A DNA stretch of 64,000 nucleotides from Lama guanicoe (Eukaryota), in contig MU053559.1 of the NCBI GenBank assembly GCA_013239625.1, positions 2,338,324 to 2,402,323 on the forward strand. The letters are read 5' to 3'. Position numbers and translations under genes: made by a program. Positions within the stretch are counted from its first letter, which is position 1; every line of letters starts with the position of its first letter. The notes beneath the pieces were generated by a model. It searched no databases. It was not told the origin of the DNA and saw only the letters and a program-made list of their open reading frames with translations. Below are positions 12,906-25,879 of this stretch, piece after piece.

Positions 12906-14059
12906 AGGCTGTCAGTATTGCCCAGTCAATAAAGACAGTCTAGTTAGTAACACTTGGAATTCTTGATCCCTTCTTTAAGGTGACTGTGAGCATCTCTGTT
13001 ACTTGTGAATTTTTCTCAACCCAAGACACACAAAACCAAGGTTCACAGCAACCAAAAAACAATCATCACCCATCTTTCTGGAGGACAGTTCCTCTTGAAG
13101 ATTCCCAGCCAAAGTCAACATTCTGGTATTAATATAAACAAAGGTTACCAGTAGAGTGAAATGCGAAATTTGCATAAATGTTTACTATGAAACGTAAAAC
13201 TTTGAAGAACTCTCTTGTGTGCAGCATACCAATTCCAGGACTTACGCCTGAAATCCTGGGGCTATGAGTTTAGTCTTCTCTGTTGCTGAAGGAATTTGAT
13301 TCTGAGAAGGCAATTTTTTTTCCTAAGTCCTTTGGGATGACCTCACTGTAATCCCCATTTCAGACAAGATGAGACGATCAAAGATGAAACTGCTGCTTGC
13401 TCGAGAAATGAACCAATTTTGACAAACATTTGCAAAATCAAAGTAGAATCAATGATAATTGGAAGATGGCCAGAATTAGAAAACTTCATCATGGCCTCAT
13501 CTTTATGTTATTACTCACTGTTAAGGTAAATATTTTAAGCAGTCATGCCCTTGCCTTCTTGGAGTTAGCAAGGTTAAATAGGGGGATATCCACACATAAG
13601 CACAATTAGTGGAGTCAACAAGAAGGACGAGGGGAAAAAGATATGTAACCACTGGGCAGAAATAGGAGTCATCTCTCTCCAAACAACACGTGTGGAATTG
13701 ATCCAGGTTCTTTCTCTGAGGGTTGCCATCTGCTTTGGGTGTCAAGGATGGAGGAGGTGCGTGAATAAGCCTGGAATAACAGAGTGATGGCAGAGGGAAG
13801 CTTGGCCACCCCCACCATCTCATTTGGGCTCTTTCCATTTTTTTTTTCCTCAGTGTCTTCCCTCTTTCTCCCAGACAACCAGTGCCCTCAAGCCTTCTCT
13901 CCTCTGTTCAGCTCATCAGAACTCTTCCTCAGCTGCTGTGGAGCTAATAACTTCACCCCCATGAAAGAACACATGACTAATAGAGCCTACTATGGTATCT
14001 TTACTAAGAAGCTTGCCTTTTTAAAAAAAAATAGTGATTTACTTTGATATTTGATTATT

Positions 14060-15600
14060 TTAAAAACTTATTTTGATAATTCCAAGCTTTCAGAAAAGTT
14101 GCACTAATACTTCATTTGGATTCACCAATTACTTATATCTTGCCTCATTTGCTTTATTATTCTCTCTCTTTCAAATATATCTCTCTTATTTGAAAGTAAC
14201 TTGGTGACATCAAGCCCCTTTTACCAAATACTTCAGTGTGCATTTCCTAAGAACACAAACATTCTCTTATATAACCATAGTACAGCAATAAAAATTAGGA
14301 AATTTAACACTGATACAACACTGTTATCTCATCCACACTCCACATTCAAATCTCATGGTTGTTTTTTTAATAATGCCCTTTAGAGCTATTTTGTTTTTCC
14401 TAATCCAGAATTTGACTCCAGATCATGCACCGCATTTGGTTGTCATAGAACCTAAATCTTCCTTGAACTGGAACAGTCCATCAGCATTTCCTTGTCTTTA
14501 AAACAATTTTTTTTCTTCTAGTTTTCTTGAGATATAATTGACATCCAGCACTGTATAAGTTTAAGGTGTACAGCATAATGATTTGACTTACATACATCTT
14601 GAAAATGATTGCCACAAAGGTTTAGAGAACATCCATCATCTTATATAGACATAAATTTAAAGAAATAGAAAAGAAAATTTTTCTCCTTGTGATGAGAACT
14701 CATTTCTTTTCAGATCGTACAAATCTCTCTCCTTTTCCTTGTCCTTTTTGACCTTAACATTTTTTGCAGAGTACAGACTAGTATACTAGTGATGCTGTAG
14801 TATGCCCCTCAATTTGGATCTGCCTGGTGTTTCTTCACGATGAGATCCTCTGCTAGGAACGCTGCAGAAGTGAGGTCGTGCTTCCCCAGTGCATCATATC
14901 AGGAAGGACATAACATTGGTTTGTCACAATATTGGTGATGTTAAATTTGGTCCCTTTGTGAAAGGGGCATTTGCTAGATTTCTCCACTGTTAAGGTAACT
15001 ATTTTTTCCCGTGGTAATTAGTAAGTATGTGGGGAGATTCTTTGAGACTGTGTAAATATGTTCTTCATCCAACTTTTCACGAGATTTGGTATCTGCTGAT
15101 GATTTTCTTACTCCATCATGCCTTCTACATTTATTGGTTGGCTTTCTACCCTAAGGAAACACTTTCCCCTTTTCCCCCATTTATTCATATCAGTATAAAT
15201 TCAAGGATTTTTATTATATTTATTTGTGCTGTAACCCATTATTGAATTCTTATTTCTTTTAAATCTCAACTTACCCAAGCTTTTGCCACTGGGAACCCCT
15301 CCAAGCCGAGTTCTGTGTTCTTTTGATAGGTCCCCACTATTCTTTGATTACTTCCTTATTTCCTGGCACAACAAGATATTTCAGGATTGTCTTATGCTTT
15401 CTATGCCCTAGCCCTGGAATCAACCATTTCTCTAAGGAACCCTGATTCCTTTTAATAGAAAACAAGATATGGCTCTAGATACATTCATTCAAACCCTGAT
15501 GTGTCAGTGTTTCTACGTACTCTCAGAGACTAGAGCTAAGAAATATAGACACGTACGTGTATTCACACACATACAGGCACATACATGTAAACATATGTCC
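14060..15600 (-). mobile_element. Old L1 (L1MC/ME-type) 3' UTR remnant with a younger L1 tail nested at about 14500-14730
   Basis: cagaaaagttgcactaatac...cttcagtgtgcatttcctaagaac...ccctggaatcaaccatttctctaagga. The nested ttgagatataattgacat...gtgatgagaactc is flanked by tttccttgtc repeats. Confidence 0.75.
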
Positions 15601-16544
15601 ATGTACACAGAAGGTTGCCATTTTAATTTCAGCCCCCAAAATGAAGCATTAGCTCAAATTTTGTTCTCTAACAAAATCAATGGAAGATGGCATTTTAAGG
15701 AGCAAGATGTATGTCTCTTGGTGATTCAGAGATCACACCATGGTGATGAAGTTTTATGCCTATGAGTTGACCTGGGAGTGAGCGTTAAAGCTTCGTTCTC
15801 ATTCATTGGTATTGAGCCATCAAAACACTTTTCCAAAGGAGGTAGGGTGATCAGAGGCTTTGAAAGACAGGGCAGTTGGCAGTGAATTACAATGGACCTT
15901 TTGTACCTAGGAAAGAGTTGGACACAAGCCTGACAAATGGAGACCCTCTCTCAGAAATGGAAATGTTTTAGAAATAAGAAGTCTGTATTTATGTCAGAAC
16001 AAAACTGCTGATGAGTTTAGGGAGCCGCCTGTTATTTCAGGCGAACCAGCCAGCCAGCCTCACTATGTAGAAGCGAGATCACATATCTTATGAGATTATT
16101 TTCCTACATGTTTATTGTTAGTTTCTTTGACTCCCTGAGGACAAGTGGTCACCATGTATTACTCAACCCTGTACCACGGTAGCACTTACTAACTTGCAGT
16201 TGTTCAAGAAATGTCTGCGAATGATGTCTTCCTTTGGCATCCTTGGAACATTTTACATGCCCTTAACTGGCACTCATAACTTTAAGGTGATAACTGTAAA
16301 TTCATTTTCTTATAAAGCTTTAGTTTGGCTCATGGCAATATATCCAGCAAAAGGAATGATTGCTTACAACATCTTACACAAAAAAAAGGGCTGTCTTTGG
16401 AAAAAGAAATGTGCTGAGTAAGATAAACATTAAGTTCTACACTCAAGACACATTCCCACTTAAAAACAGTCCAGGTGCAGAGGGGGGCTGTCATGTTACG
16501 GTAGGGAGAACACCACAATGGAAGCCAATGTCATCTTCCCAGCA

Positions 16545-17047
16545 GCTCATAACTGCATACTCTTGAACAGGTTCCATAACCTCTGAGACTCAATTTCCTT
16601 TTCGGTAAAATGAGAGTCTTAATACCTGTCTGCTGTGGTTGAGTGTGTCTCTTCAAATTCATATGTGGAAATCCTAACGCCCTATTCGATGATATTAGGA
16701 TGGAGGACCTTTGGGAGGTGATGAGGTTGTGAGGTGTAGAGCCCTCGTGAATGAGCTTAGTGCCTTATAAAAGAAACCCCACAGAGATGCCCCGCCTCTT
16801 CCACCATGTGATGACACAGAGAAAGGGAGTCAGCTCTGAACTAGGATGAGAACTCTCATTGGAATGTGACCATGCTGGCGCCTCGATCTTCGACTTCCCA
16901 GCCTCCAGTACTGTGAGAAAGAAATCTCCATTGTTTATAAGCTACCCAGTCAGTCAGTGATGTTTTCTTACAGCAGCCTGACAGATGAAGACACTGATTT
17001 ATAGATTAGTTACGGGAATTAAATAGGATAATGCGTGCTGAAAGTAC
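16545..17047 (+). mobile_element. MIR SINE split by the MLT1 LTR at 16631-16993
   Basis: taacctctgagactcaatttccttttcggtaaaatgaga...aatacc resumes after the LTR as ttatagattagttacgggaattaaatagga. Confidence 0.7.
16631..16993 (+). mobile_element. MLT1A-type MaLR solo LTR
   Basis: TG...CA termini, aaattcatatgtggaaatcctaa and gacttcccagcctccag motifs, imperfect TSD ctgtc/ctgat. Confidence 0.9.
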
Positions 17048-17216
17048 CACGTCTCTTCTATGCCTTCCAAGTTCAGTTGGAAGGGATGCTGGGGGCTACA
17101 GCAGGAAGGGGTCGGGGGAAGATTCTTGGAATGGGCTTGGCCATTGTCGAGGAAACTCTCTTGCTTATACAGATACCCCTAGAAGTCTGGTAGTCTGAAT
17201 TTTTCATGGTACAGGG

Positions 17217-17655
17217 TGTATTCATTTTCTAGGGCTGCCATTATTAAGTCTCACCAGCTAGGTGGCTTAGAATAATAGAACTGTATTGTCTCACAGTAAG
17301 TTCTGGAGGCCAGAAGTCCAAAATCAAGTGGCAGGGCCATGCTCCATCTGAAGGCTCTAGGAAATAATCTCTTCCAAGTTTTTCTCCTAGCTTCTGGTCA
17401 TCTCAGGCATTTCTTGGTATGTAAGTGGCTGTCTTTTCCCTGTGTCTCTTCATGTTGTCTGTCTTCTGTCCATCTCTGTGTCCAAATTTCCCCTTTTTGT
17501 AAGGACACTAGTCATATTGGATTAGGACCCAACCTAATGACTTCTTTTTAATGTGACATTTGCAAGGACTTAATTTCCAAATAAGGTCACATTATGAGGT
17601 ATTAAGACTTCAACATATCTTTACAGGGTTGGGGGGCACAATTCAATCCCTAACA
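17217..17655 (-). mobile_element. MLT1C-type MaLR solo LTR
   Basis: tgtattcattttctagggctgcc...ttctggaggccagaagtcc...cacaattcaatccctaaca. TSD caggg/gaggg. Confidence 0.9.
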
Positions 17656-17801
17656 GAGGGGGGGATGGCAAAGTCAAGTCTGATCCAAGTGGCTGGATAT
17701 CTAAGGCATCTGAAGGTCTAGTCTACGAAAGGAAGGGGGAAGGGAGGCACACACAGCAATAGGAAACTTTTTGTAGAGAAGATTCCTTCTGTCACGTCCA
17801 A

Positions 17802-18401
17802 TGTGGTGGATGAAAACGGTCACAAATCCTTTGACACTTCTCTCGCTGAGAGTGGAGGTGTTGATCCTTCTGCTGAATCTGGGCTGGACTGTGATTGCTT
17901 TGCTCAATAGAATAGGGCAGAAGTAATGCCCTGCCACTTCCAGACCGAGCCTTTAAGAGGACTGGCAGTCTTTGTTTCCTTTTCCTTGAAGTCCTGAGCC
18001 ATCATTTAGGAAATCTGACTACCTGAGGTTTCCATGCTGTGAGGAAGCTCAAGCTAGTCATATGGAGAGTCCACGTAAGAGGAGAGAGAGACGGAGACTC
18101 AGCCAGCCTGCAGCCGTTTCATCCCCCAGAGGTACAGGTCATCCAAGCTGAGGCTCCAGATTTTGCAAAGATCTTTTGAGAAGATTTTTTTTCTCCTCTG
18201 TGCCCTGTCTGGATTCCTGACCCAGCATGAGATATAATAATAAATTGGTCTTTCTTAAAAATTATTTATTTTCATTTGTTTTATTTATTTCAGTTTTTCA
18301 TTTTTAATTTTTTATTAAAAATTTTTAACCTTTGAATTAATAAATTGTTTTAAGCCACTAATTTTGAAGTAGTCTGTTAAGCAGCAGTAATAACTAGAAC
18401 A
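17802..18401 (+). mobile_element. MLT1G/H-type MaLR solo LTR
   Basis: tgtggtgg...ccatgctgtgaggaagctcaagctag...ttttaagccacta...taactagaaca. Contains an AT-rich insert at 18248-18337. Confidence 0.85.
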
Positions 18402-19894
18402 GTCAAGGACAGGATTTCGGAAGTGGAGCTACCCAATGGATGTGAAGGTGGGGGTAGAGGGACGGGATGTTGCTCTTGGAGGAAAGGGTCCTGGTAGTGA
18501 GAGCAGGTGGATGGGGTTTAAAATTGGTTCCAGTATCAGCGGAGACTCAGAAAGCACACCAGCAGAGGCCAGATCGTGTAGGCCAGGTCATCACATTGCA
18601 GAGTCACGGGAAGTCTGCTGACTTGGGGAATGGAGTTGGGGTGACATGGACACTCATAAGTCCCCCCCTGACTGGCTAGAATGCTGACTGGTAGCAGAAA
18701 CAAATTCCAGCCACTAGGACCAAGCCTGATTCTCATTGGCCCGCAGACTGGGAGGCAAGTCTTCATTGCCCCAAAGCTGGGAGGGTATGGGTGGGTGGAT
18801 GGAAGGATGTCCGCTGGGGTGGGAAATGGAAGGGATTTTCTTGGGACAGGAGAGGGCTACAGACACTAACCCTGTACCACAGAGAGAAGAGAAGGAAGGA
18901 GATGCTTACTGTCAGATCTAATGGTGTCCAGAACAGGCAGGCAGAGGAATGGTTCTCCAGCCGGTCATTCAGGCTCTCTTGAATCTGGCTCCCACCTGTC
19001 TTTCCTACACTCTTCTCCAAGGCAGGTCTTCATGAGTGCTGCATTCCCTATATATGACACTCACTTCCTTACTTTGATACCTTCATTCAAAATGGAATAT
19101 TTTTTTCCTGGCATCACATGTCTGGACCGTGGACACCAAGGGGCCCTTGAAATGATACATGAAGACCATCTCTGATCTCTCAGTGAGGAGGTAAGCACAC
19201 GCTCTGATCAAATGAGGCATGTTATCTACATGCTGCCCAGCTATGAAAGTCTTGCCTCGTTCTTCCTTGTAGCCTGGGGACTTGCAAGCTGACCCCGTTT
19301 CCCTTCTGAGACTGCCCAGTGTTATGACCCTCACAGCAACCCAGCATCAAATATGCCCTCAGTGTTTCTTATTGAATTGGTGATTAGAAGTAACTTGATA
19401 TTTATAAAGGCCCTGATATTATTTAAAATAGAAATACTTTAGAATACAAGGAACTCAGCCATGACCATACAGCTAGTGAAGGTAGTTCCAGAATCCAAAC
19501 CCAGGGGATGGGGCTCTGAAACTCTACACCCTGTGAGAGCTTACTGTCTAACCAGAAAATACCTTACCCTGTGACCATAGGTGATTAGTTAAGCCAGTTA
19601 AAATCAACCAGATCAATTATAAGCTATATCAATTAAACATGAATTTAATTGATTTGTCAACTATGTGCAAGGTGGGTGAGATGTCTCTGCCCTCAAAGAT
19701 ACTATTCTCTAATGTGCATGGAGAGTCCCATGCTGAATGGCAGTTCTAATTTCTGGTGTGAAAAAGAAAAACTCTTCTGATTCAACCTGTTTTGCTCCAG
19801 CTGTTAACAACTTGTCAGTCACTGAAAATGGGCTGTGTCAGTGTTTCCCCTTTGGGTGCCCTCCATACTACCAGGTTGGAGATGTCTGGATGTC

Positions 19895-20869
19895 TTTGAA
19901 TGGATAACTGATGGACCAATCATGGTCATTCAGACGGGTATTTGGCAGATATTTTCCTGACGATGAACAGAGTGAGCCTGTTATTTTAAAGAAAGCGACT
20001 GATAGTATTTTTTGCCAAAGCTAAAATTCCAGCTTTCAAAGGAAAAATTAAAATTTTGGAAAGCCTATATCCATCACCGTGAGTCTTAGCTTCTCAATAT
20101 TTGAAGACATTTTCTGATGAGATTGGTGTTGATAGTAATAAGTATGGTTTTTAAAATTTTTCCATAAAGAAAGGTGTCAACACTTAAAAGATCGGAAAAA
20201 ACTTGGTGAGCCAATATTTTCCAAATGACCAATTCATAGACTTATGAAATCATGCATGAGTAAAATATGTATTCTAAGTACAAGACAGACCGATGAATTT
20301 TAATGTAATGGAGAATGAAAAGCTCACTGATATGGTCTCCAATTCCATGTTGCAGCTAACCTTTAAGGAACTACAAGTTGTTGCATTTTGGTCTAGTATC
20401 AAAAAGGAAGATCCACAATTATCTAAAACGGTTATTAAAATACTCCGTCCCTTTTCCAACTACATGTCTGTGTGAGCTGGATTTTTTTCATATGCATACT
20501 TCTATCAAAATAACAAATTTCAACAGCTAGAATGCAGATGCAGATAGGAGAAGCCAGCTGTTTTCTATTAAGCCAGACAGTAAAGAGATCTGAAAATGTA
20601 AAATAATGCTACCCATCTCACTAATTTTCTTGCTTTAGAAAAAACACGTTATTTTTCATAAAAACAGTTTACTTATGTGAAATTGTAAAAAGTTTATTAT
20701 TATTATTTCAAAATGATTTTTAAATACATATTTTAAAAATTTCTCAGTTTTAATTTTTAATATGGCAATTATCAGTAAATCTAACCAACATAAATCAAGC
20801 TTATTGGAGCCCTAAATAATTTTTGAGAGTGTAACGAAATTCTGGGCTCCAAAAATTTGAGAACTGCTG
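19895..20869 (+). mobile_element. Charlie1-type hAT DNA transposon: 3' part of a dead transposase and the terminal repeat
   Basis: Degraded GYLADIF..MN.VSL...KI.AFK segment. ORF 20293-20475 (LQLTFKELQVVAFWSSIKKEDPQLSKTVIKIL) resembles the hAT C-terminal dimerisation region. Ends tttgagaactgctg. Confidence 0.85.
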
Positions 20870-20887
20870 GCATAGGTGACAGAGAGC

Positions 20888-20990
20888 AGAGGTTCCCAAA
20901 GTTAAGTGAGGGAACTCTTAAATCAGGATCGCCTGGGTAGCTTGCTATAAAATGCATATTCCTGTGTCTCGTCCCAGATTGACTCAGGTT
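20888..20990. mobile_element. MER5-type fragment
   Basis: cagaggttcccaaagtt...atcaggatcgcctgggtagcttgctataaaatgcatattcctg. Confidence 0.65.
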
Positions 20991-22224
20991 TCTTAAAGGG
21001 CCTGCCTGTATTTATTTGCATATATTGAAATTTGCAAACAAAAGCAAAGCTTGAGTTGAATAAAGTTAAGGTAGTCCCTTGCAAGTGTGGCCAGTTTTTC
21101 CAAGATTCTGGACAATCAAATGGAACACAAAATCCATGGCGGTGGATTGCATTTGACCCATCTTCTCTAGCTTGTTGTGGAACCGAATAGGTATTCTCAA
21201 GGCTTTTCCTTCTTTCTGTTTCAGTGCCAAAACCAACCACTGTGGTGGCCGTTTGAGATGAGGCAGGGGTGGGGAGTGGTACTTTTCTGAAAAGCCAAAT
21301 CTAGTAACACCAATCCAAAGTACTCTGGCCATGTGCAGGAACATGTGTGTGCATATGAGTGTTGGAAATTTCAGTCTTCAACCAGGAAACAGGTCTTCCT
21401 GTAGTCTGCTTCCTGGATAAAACCCCGTCTCTTCCTCTATGACCTCTCAAAACAGGCACCTCTGCAGGCCCTTTTAGTTGGAGGAGCTAAGCAAAGGCAT
21501 GACATAGAAGCTAGGATCTGGAAGTGTGGTTTTGGTCCATGGCACTAGAACATTTTCACAAAGTCAAGCTGCTGAAGTGTGAGTCTGTAACACTCAATTC
21601 ACTTGTCATTATCTTTTGTCTTCTTGTTGGGGCCGTGTGTTTGTCCCCTATTCCTTCCTCAACCCTGCATTCCTGTCCCTGCCAGCCACATCTCAGGTTG
21701 GTTTCATTCGGATCAATTTCTCTTCTCTCAGATTTCTCCTGAGTTCTGCACAGCACAAAACATAAGAGGTTTTGTTGGTTTTTTTTTTTCCATTAAGTGA
21801 AAGAGTTGGCTTGCAACTCACTTAATGTGTCATAGGAGTAAGAAACGCAGGCATGGAACATTGATTTGGGCAAAGAAGTCAAAGAAAGAGTATCCAGGAA
21901 AATAAATCCATAGTGGCCAAAAATACTGGGAGGATGAATTAGACTTGTGTGAGCTTAGAATGCAGGTCCGGGCAACAGGCTGCACTGGGGGGTTATCATC
22001 ATATTGCCTGTTTTCTCCCTTAGTACATCATCCCCTCTGTACTAGCCAGGTTGCTGGCCAGAGAAAGATACGCTCTGATTGCTCACGGCCCCTCCTGCCT
22101 TCCCACCCCTTTTTATCCCTCTTCTGAGAGGTCTTGTGTGACCACCCCCCTACTTCAGAACTGCTCCTGAGCAACAGAACATCTTTCCTTCTTCCCTCCA
22201 GATTAAACCTTTATTTAAAGACAG

Positions 22225-22400
22225 ACTGCTCTGGGCTGGATATTTGGTATGTTTTATTCCATTTGATTCTCACCACAATCCCAGGAGGTAGCAATTATTA
22301 GCCCCTTTTCACAAATAAGGAAAAGTGAATGTCGGAGAACCGATTTCCTTGAGGTTCCAACAGCTAGTGAGTATCAGAGCAAAGCATTCTGGGTGTTCCT
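22225..22400 (-). mobile_element. MIR SINE
   Basis: tttgattctcaccacaatcccaggaggtag...ccccttttcacaaataaggaaaagtga. Confidence 0.75.
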
Positions 22401-22679
22401 TCCGCTGGACAACCCTATCCCCACCCACCTCCACCACCTCCCCTTTCGTCCATTCCCTGAATGGATGCAATGAGCTGGCATAACCCAAGCAGCTGTGAAT
22501 GATGAGTGCTCAATGTGTTCCCCAACAAGGGTGACTTTGCATCTTAAGGAAAAGGTTTGAGAGCTTGAAAAGAGTCTGCTGGACTTCCGGTGTGGTGGCA
22601 TAAGGTAGGGGACAGGTTTGGGGTCAGAAGGAACCTCCGTTGGAACCTAAAATTGTACCATGTAGAGGAGGGTCCCAAT

Positions 22680-22845
22680 TTGGCAATCCTTGGGTCATGT
22701 CTGGCAAACAGAAATATTTTGCTCGACCAACATGATCGTTTTAAATATTTGAATAGTTGCCAACATTTGAAAACAAAGAGCTTCCACATAAAAAGCTAGA
22801 TTTGTAGCTTCTCTTGAAAAAATTGGAGAATCTAACATCACTGTA
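22680..22845. mobile_element. MER102-like hAT-Charlie fragment
   Basis: gaatagttgccaacatttgaaaac...cacataaaaagctagatttgtagcttctcttgaaaaa resembles this family as recalled. Confidence 0.55.
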
Positions 22846-23569
22846 CCTATATTCTTAAGGTAACAACAATTGACTGGAGCTGCTCTCTGAAGGGACCCAA
22901 GCTCTCGTTTCATCACAAACCGTACAGATCTCCCAGTCTATTTCACTTATTTCTAGGCTGCTGTAGGCATCCGAGTTTGAAGCCTCTGAAGTAGATGAAG
23001 GTCTCTTCTGTCAATGGCGAAGCGGGGAGGTGGATACCATCCCTGAAGGTTGAGGCTGTAAAGAGACCTGGAATCTGAGGTTCTGTTTCTTCTTTCTTCC
23101 ATTTTTCCTTCAAGAAAGGAGGCAATGAGTACATCAACTCCCATATCTCAAGACTGGGAAACTTTTGAGAAAAATAAGGCCTGCCTGAAAATAAAAAGTG
23201 TCCCAGACTTGTGGGGAGGGCTCTCCAGTCTGATGAGGCAGTGTTCTCATTAAGAGTCAGATCTCTGTCTCAATCATAATTAAGGTGATCAGGGCCAAGG
23301 AGAGCTGGCAGCCAGCTACATCTACCACCATAATTTAGCTAAAAGGGATTAAAAAGTATCCACAAAAATGGCAATTGGCTCATGAAACTCACAGGACTTT
23401 ACCCACCTTTATAAGAATCCCCCTTCCTCTAACCTGGACCTCCCAATGCCCACTCCTGGGGAAACTGACTTAACTAATCATGATGAATTTCCAATCAGGG
23501 AGGCCACATACGACAAGCCGTCAAAATTCATGTTATATTGTAATCATCAAAATTATACTCATAACTACA

Positions 23570-23770
23570 ATTCATTGGACTTTTACTTTATAACCAGGCA
23601 CTGTACTAAGCTCTTCTGATGCCATATCTCATTTAATCCTTACAATGATCTTAGAATTGGTTGTCATTATTATTCCCTTTCTACAGATGAAGAAACTGAG
23701 ACTGAAGAGGGTAAGTAATTTGCCAGAAGTCACACAGCTAAAAAGTCCTGGAGTCGAAATTCCAGACCAG
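23570..23770 (-). mobile_element. MIR SINE
   Basis: MIR core tttctacagatgaagaaactgagactgaagagggtaagtaatttgcc. Confidence 0.9.
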
Positions 23771-24011
23771 GTATCAGGGATGGTCTCCCTCCCATGGGCA
23801 CAGAGGATCTTCGTCTATAATCCATTAATTTTGGAAATCTTTAATTAAAAATCCACAGTAACTAGAAAAGACATGAAGTTATGCTAATTCTGTCTACTTC
23901 CTTTTGGTGGCCAGTGCATAAGGCTTCTGCTCTATGTTTTCCTTTGCACATGGTTGATCATAGAGCCACTAGATCCCTAATCATATCTTAGAAATTTCAT
24001 TGCAGATTTTT

Positions 24012-24150
24012 TTCTTTTTTCTTTTTTGTAGGAGGTAGGTAATTAGGTTTATTTATTTAGTTAGTTTTTTGATGGAGGCACTAGGGATTGAACCCAGGAC
24101 CTTGTGGACACTAAGCATGCACTCTACCACTTGAGCTACACCCTCCTCGC
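24012..24150 (-). mobile_element. vic-1-type camelid SINE
   Basis: tRNA-Ala-like head on the minus strand. TSD tcattgcagattttt (23997-24011) / tcattgtggattttt (24151-24165). Confidence 0.9.
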
Positions 24151-25384
24151 TCATTGTGGATTTTTGACTGAAGATCTCAAATGCTGTTCCCCTTCTTCTG
24201 CTTATTACCATGTGTGCTCAATTTGGTCAGTGCTCGATCCCAGTGATCCAAGACCTCAACCCACTGCAAGTACATTTCATTTGACATGCACCACATTAGG
24301 AAACCTTGTGGGTCAAAGTTTGATATGTGCCGGAAATTTAGTAGTGAGTGGAAAAGTTGAGCAGATCTGTTGAAGTTCAGACAGTACTGATGATTTATCC
24401 TCTCAGTGGAGACAACTTAAACTTTACATACATGGCAATGTGGTGCTTGCATGTGTCTGGGTAATTTTATGTCTCATAGCAGCATAAATACAGCCATTAT
24501 TCTAACAGCCATCATTCTCCTGTTTTACTTAGGACTTCAGGAGAGGGAGGTGCTCCATTCCCTTGCTCTCAGAAAGTTATCATTATTTTTTTCCTAAAAG
24601 AAAAATGTGATGTGTGCTGAGTTTTGTCTAGGTGGTAGCAAAAAACAAAGGTGCAAATGTAAGATTTAAAAAAAAATTTTGACATTGAGTGGGCGGCTCT
24701 TAAATGTCAGAGAAATCAACTCAACTCAATTAGATGTTTGGCTGGAAAACATCAAGATACATTAACACTGTTTAGGCTGGCTTCCTATAGTCTGAAACAA
24801 CATGGCACAAAAAGTCTATTCAAAAGCATTGGTGATAGGAAAATTGCTACCCAAAGCAGAGCTGGGTAGGGTGGGTATGGGGGATGGAGAAAGAGAACCT
24901 TTTTGTAAATGTGCCAGAAGTTAAAAGGGAAGTAGTGATAAAATCAAGACAGCACTTTTCTGTATCAAAGCACAGACTGCACCTCTGAATTCCAAAGTGG
25001 GTGCTCTGAGTGGGTGGCCGCCATCAGTCATTACTGAGACCAACAGGCATGAGGGGAGCACAAACAGTGCCGGGAGGGTCAGGGTCCAGAGTGAGCTAAG
25101 GCACGTGGAAAACATAATGAGCACAAAAAGGACCCAGCACAAAACAAGAAGTACAAGGAAGGGAGCTGCTCACACAGGGTAAAAGCAAATGCCTCAACTT
25201 GTTTCCCCTTCCCATTCGAGAAGTATCTTCAGCCTCCCAAATATGTAATTGACAATATGTTGAGGGACAAAAGCACAAGAGAGTTAGAGAGATTTTTCAG
25301 AGCTCTTACTCAATAAAATGAATTTAAATGATACTCCAGTCTCTGAAAGAGGACTTTTGGAAAGTGTGAGAGGCTCCTGAGTCA

Positions 25385-25770
25385 GAGACTTGCAGTGGGG
25401 TATACCTTTAGCATCAACACTTACAGAAGAACAGTAAGGGAAGCGAGACTGGACAGAGGAGGGATTGAACTGCAGTTCAATTACAACAAAGATCTGGGTT
25501 GACCCCAAGATGGGCTCTGGAGTTGGGAGGGAGGGCCTTACCTTGAGGCAACAGAGGCCTTTGTAAACTCATTTCCATCAGGAGATGAATGGAGGCTTAT
25601 CCCCTACCCCCACCGCAGGATTGGGAAGTGACTTTAAGAGAGATGGCTCTCTGTAGCAGAGGGCAATACCTAGAGGGAGACTCAGCTGTAAGTTGTCAAT
25701 GGCCCAGACTCCCAGCAGCTGAGGAAATGAATTCCCTAGTCTTGAAAGGGGTATCTGGCTGTGCACTACC
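25385..25770 (-). mobile_element. LTR16-type ERVL LTR
   Basis: gagggattgaactgcagttcaattacaacaaag...gggctctggagttggg...ctcccagcagctgagg. Confidence 0.65.
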
Positions 25771-25879
25771 GGAGTATCCCAACTTACAAAAGGAAGAGAA
25801 ACTTAGATTCCAGAAACTATATGCCAGTGAACTTGATATTGCACCTCAATCAAATTATTATTAAATAGATGGTCTTGGA

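Noticed and set aside
22935..23035. Exon-like segment after the acceptor tttcacttatttctag
   Set aside because: All three plus frames stop within about 40 nt and the nearest donor (gtggat) is weak.
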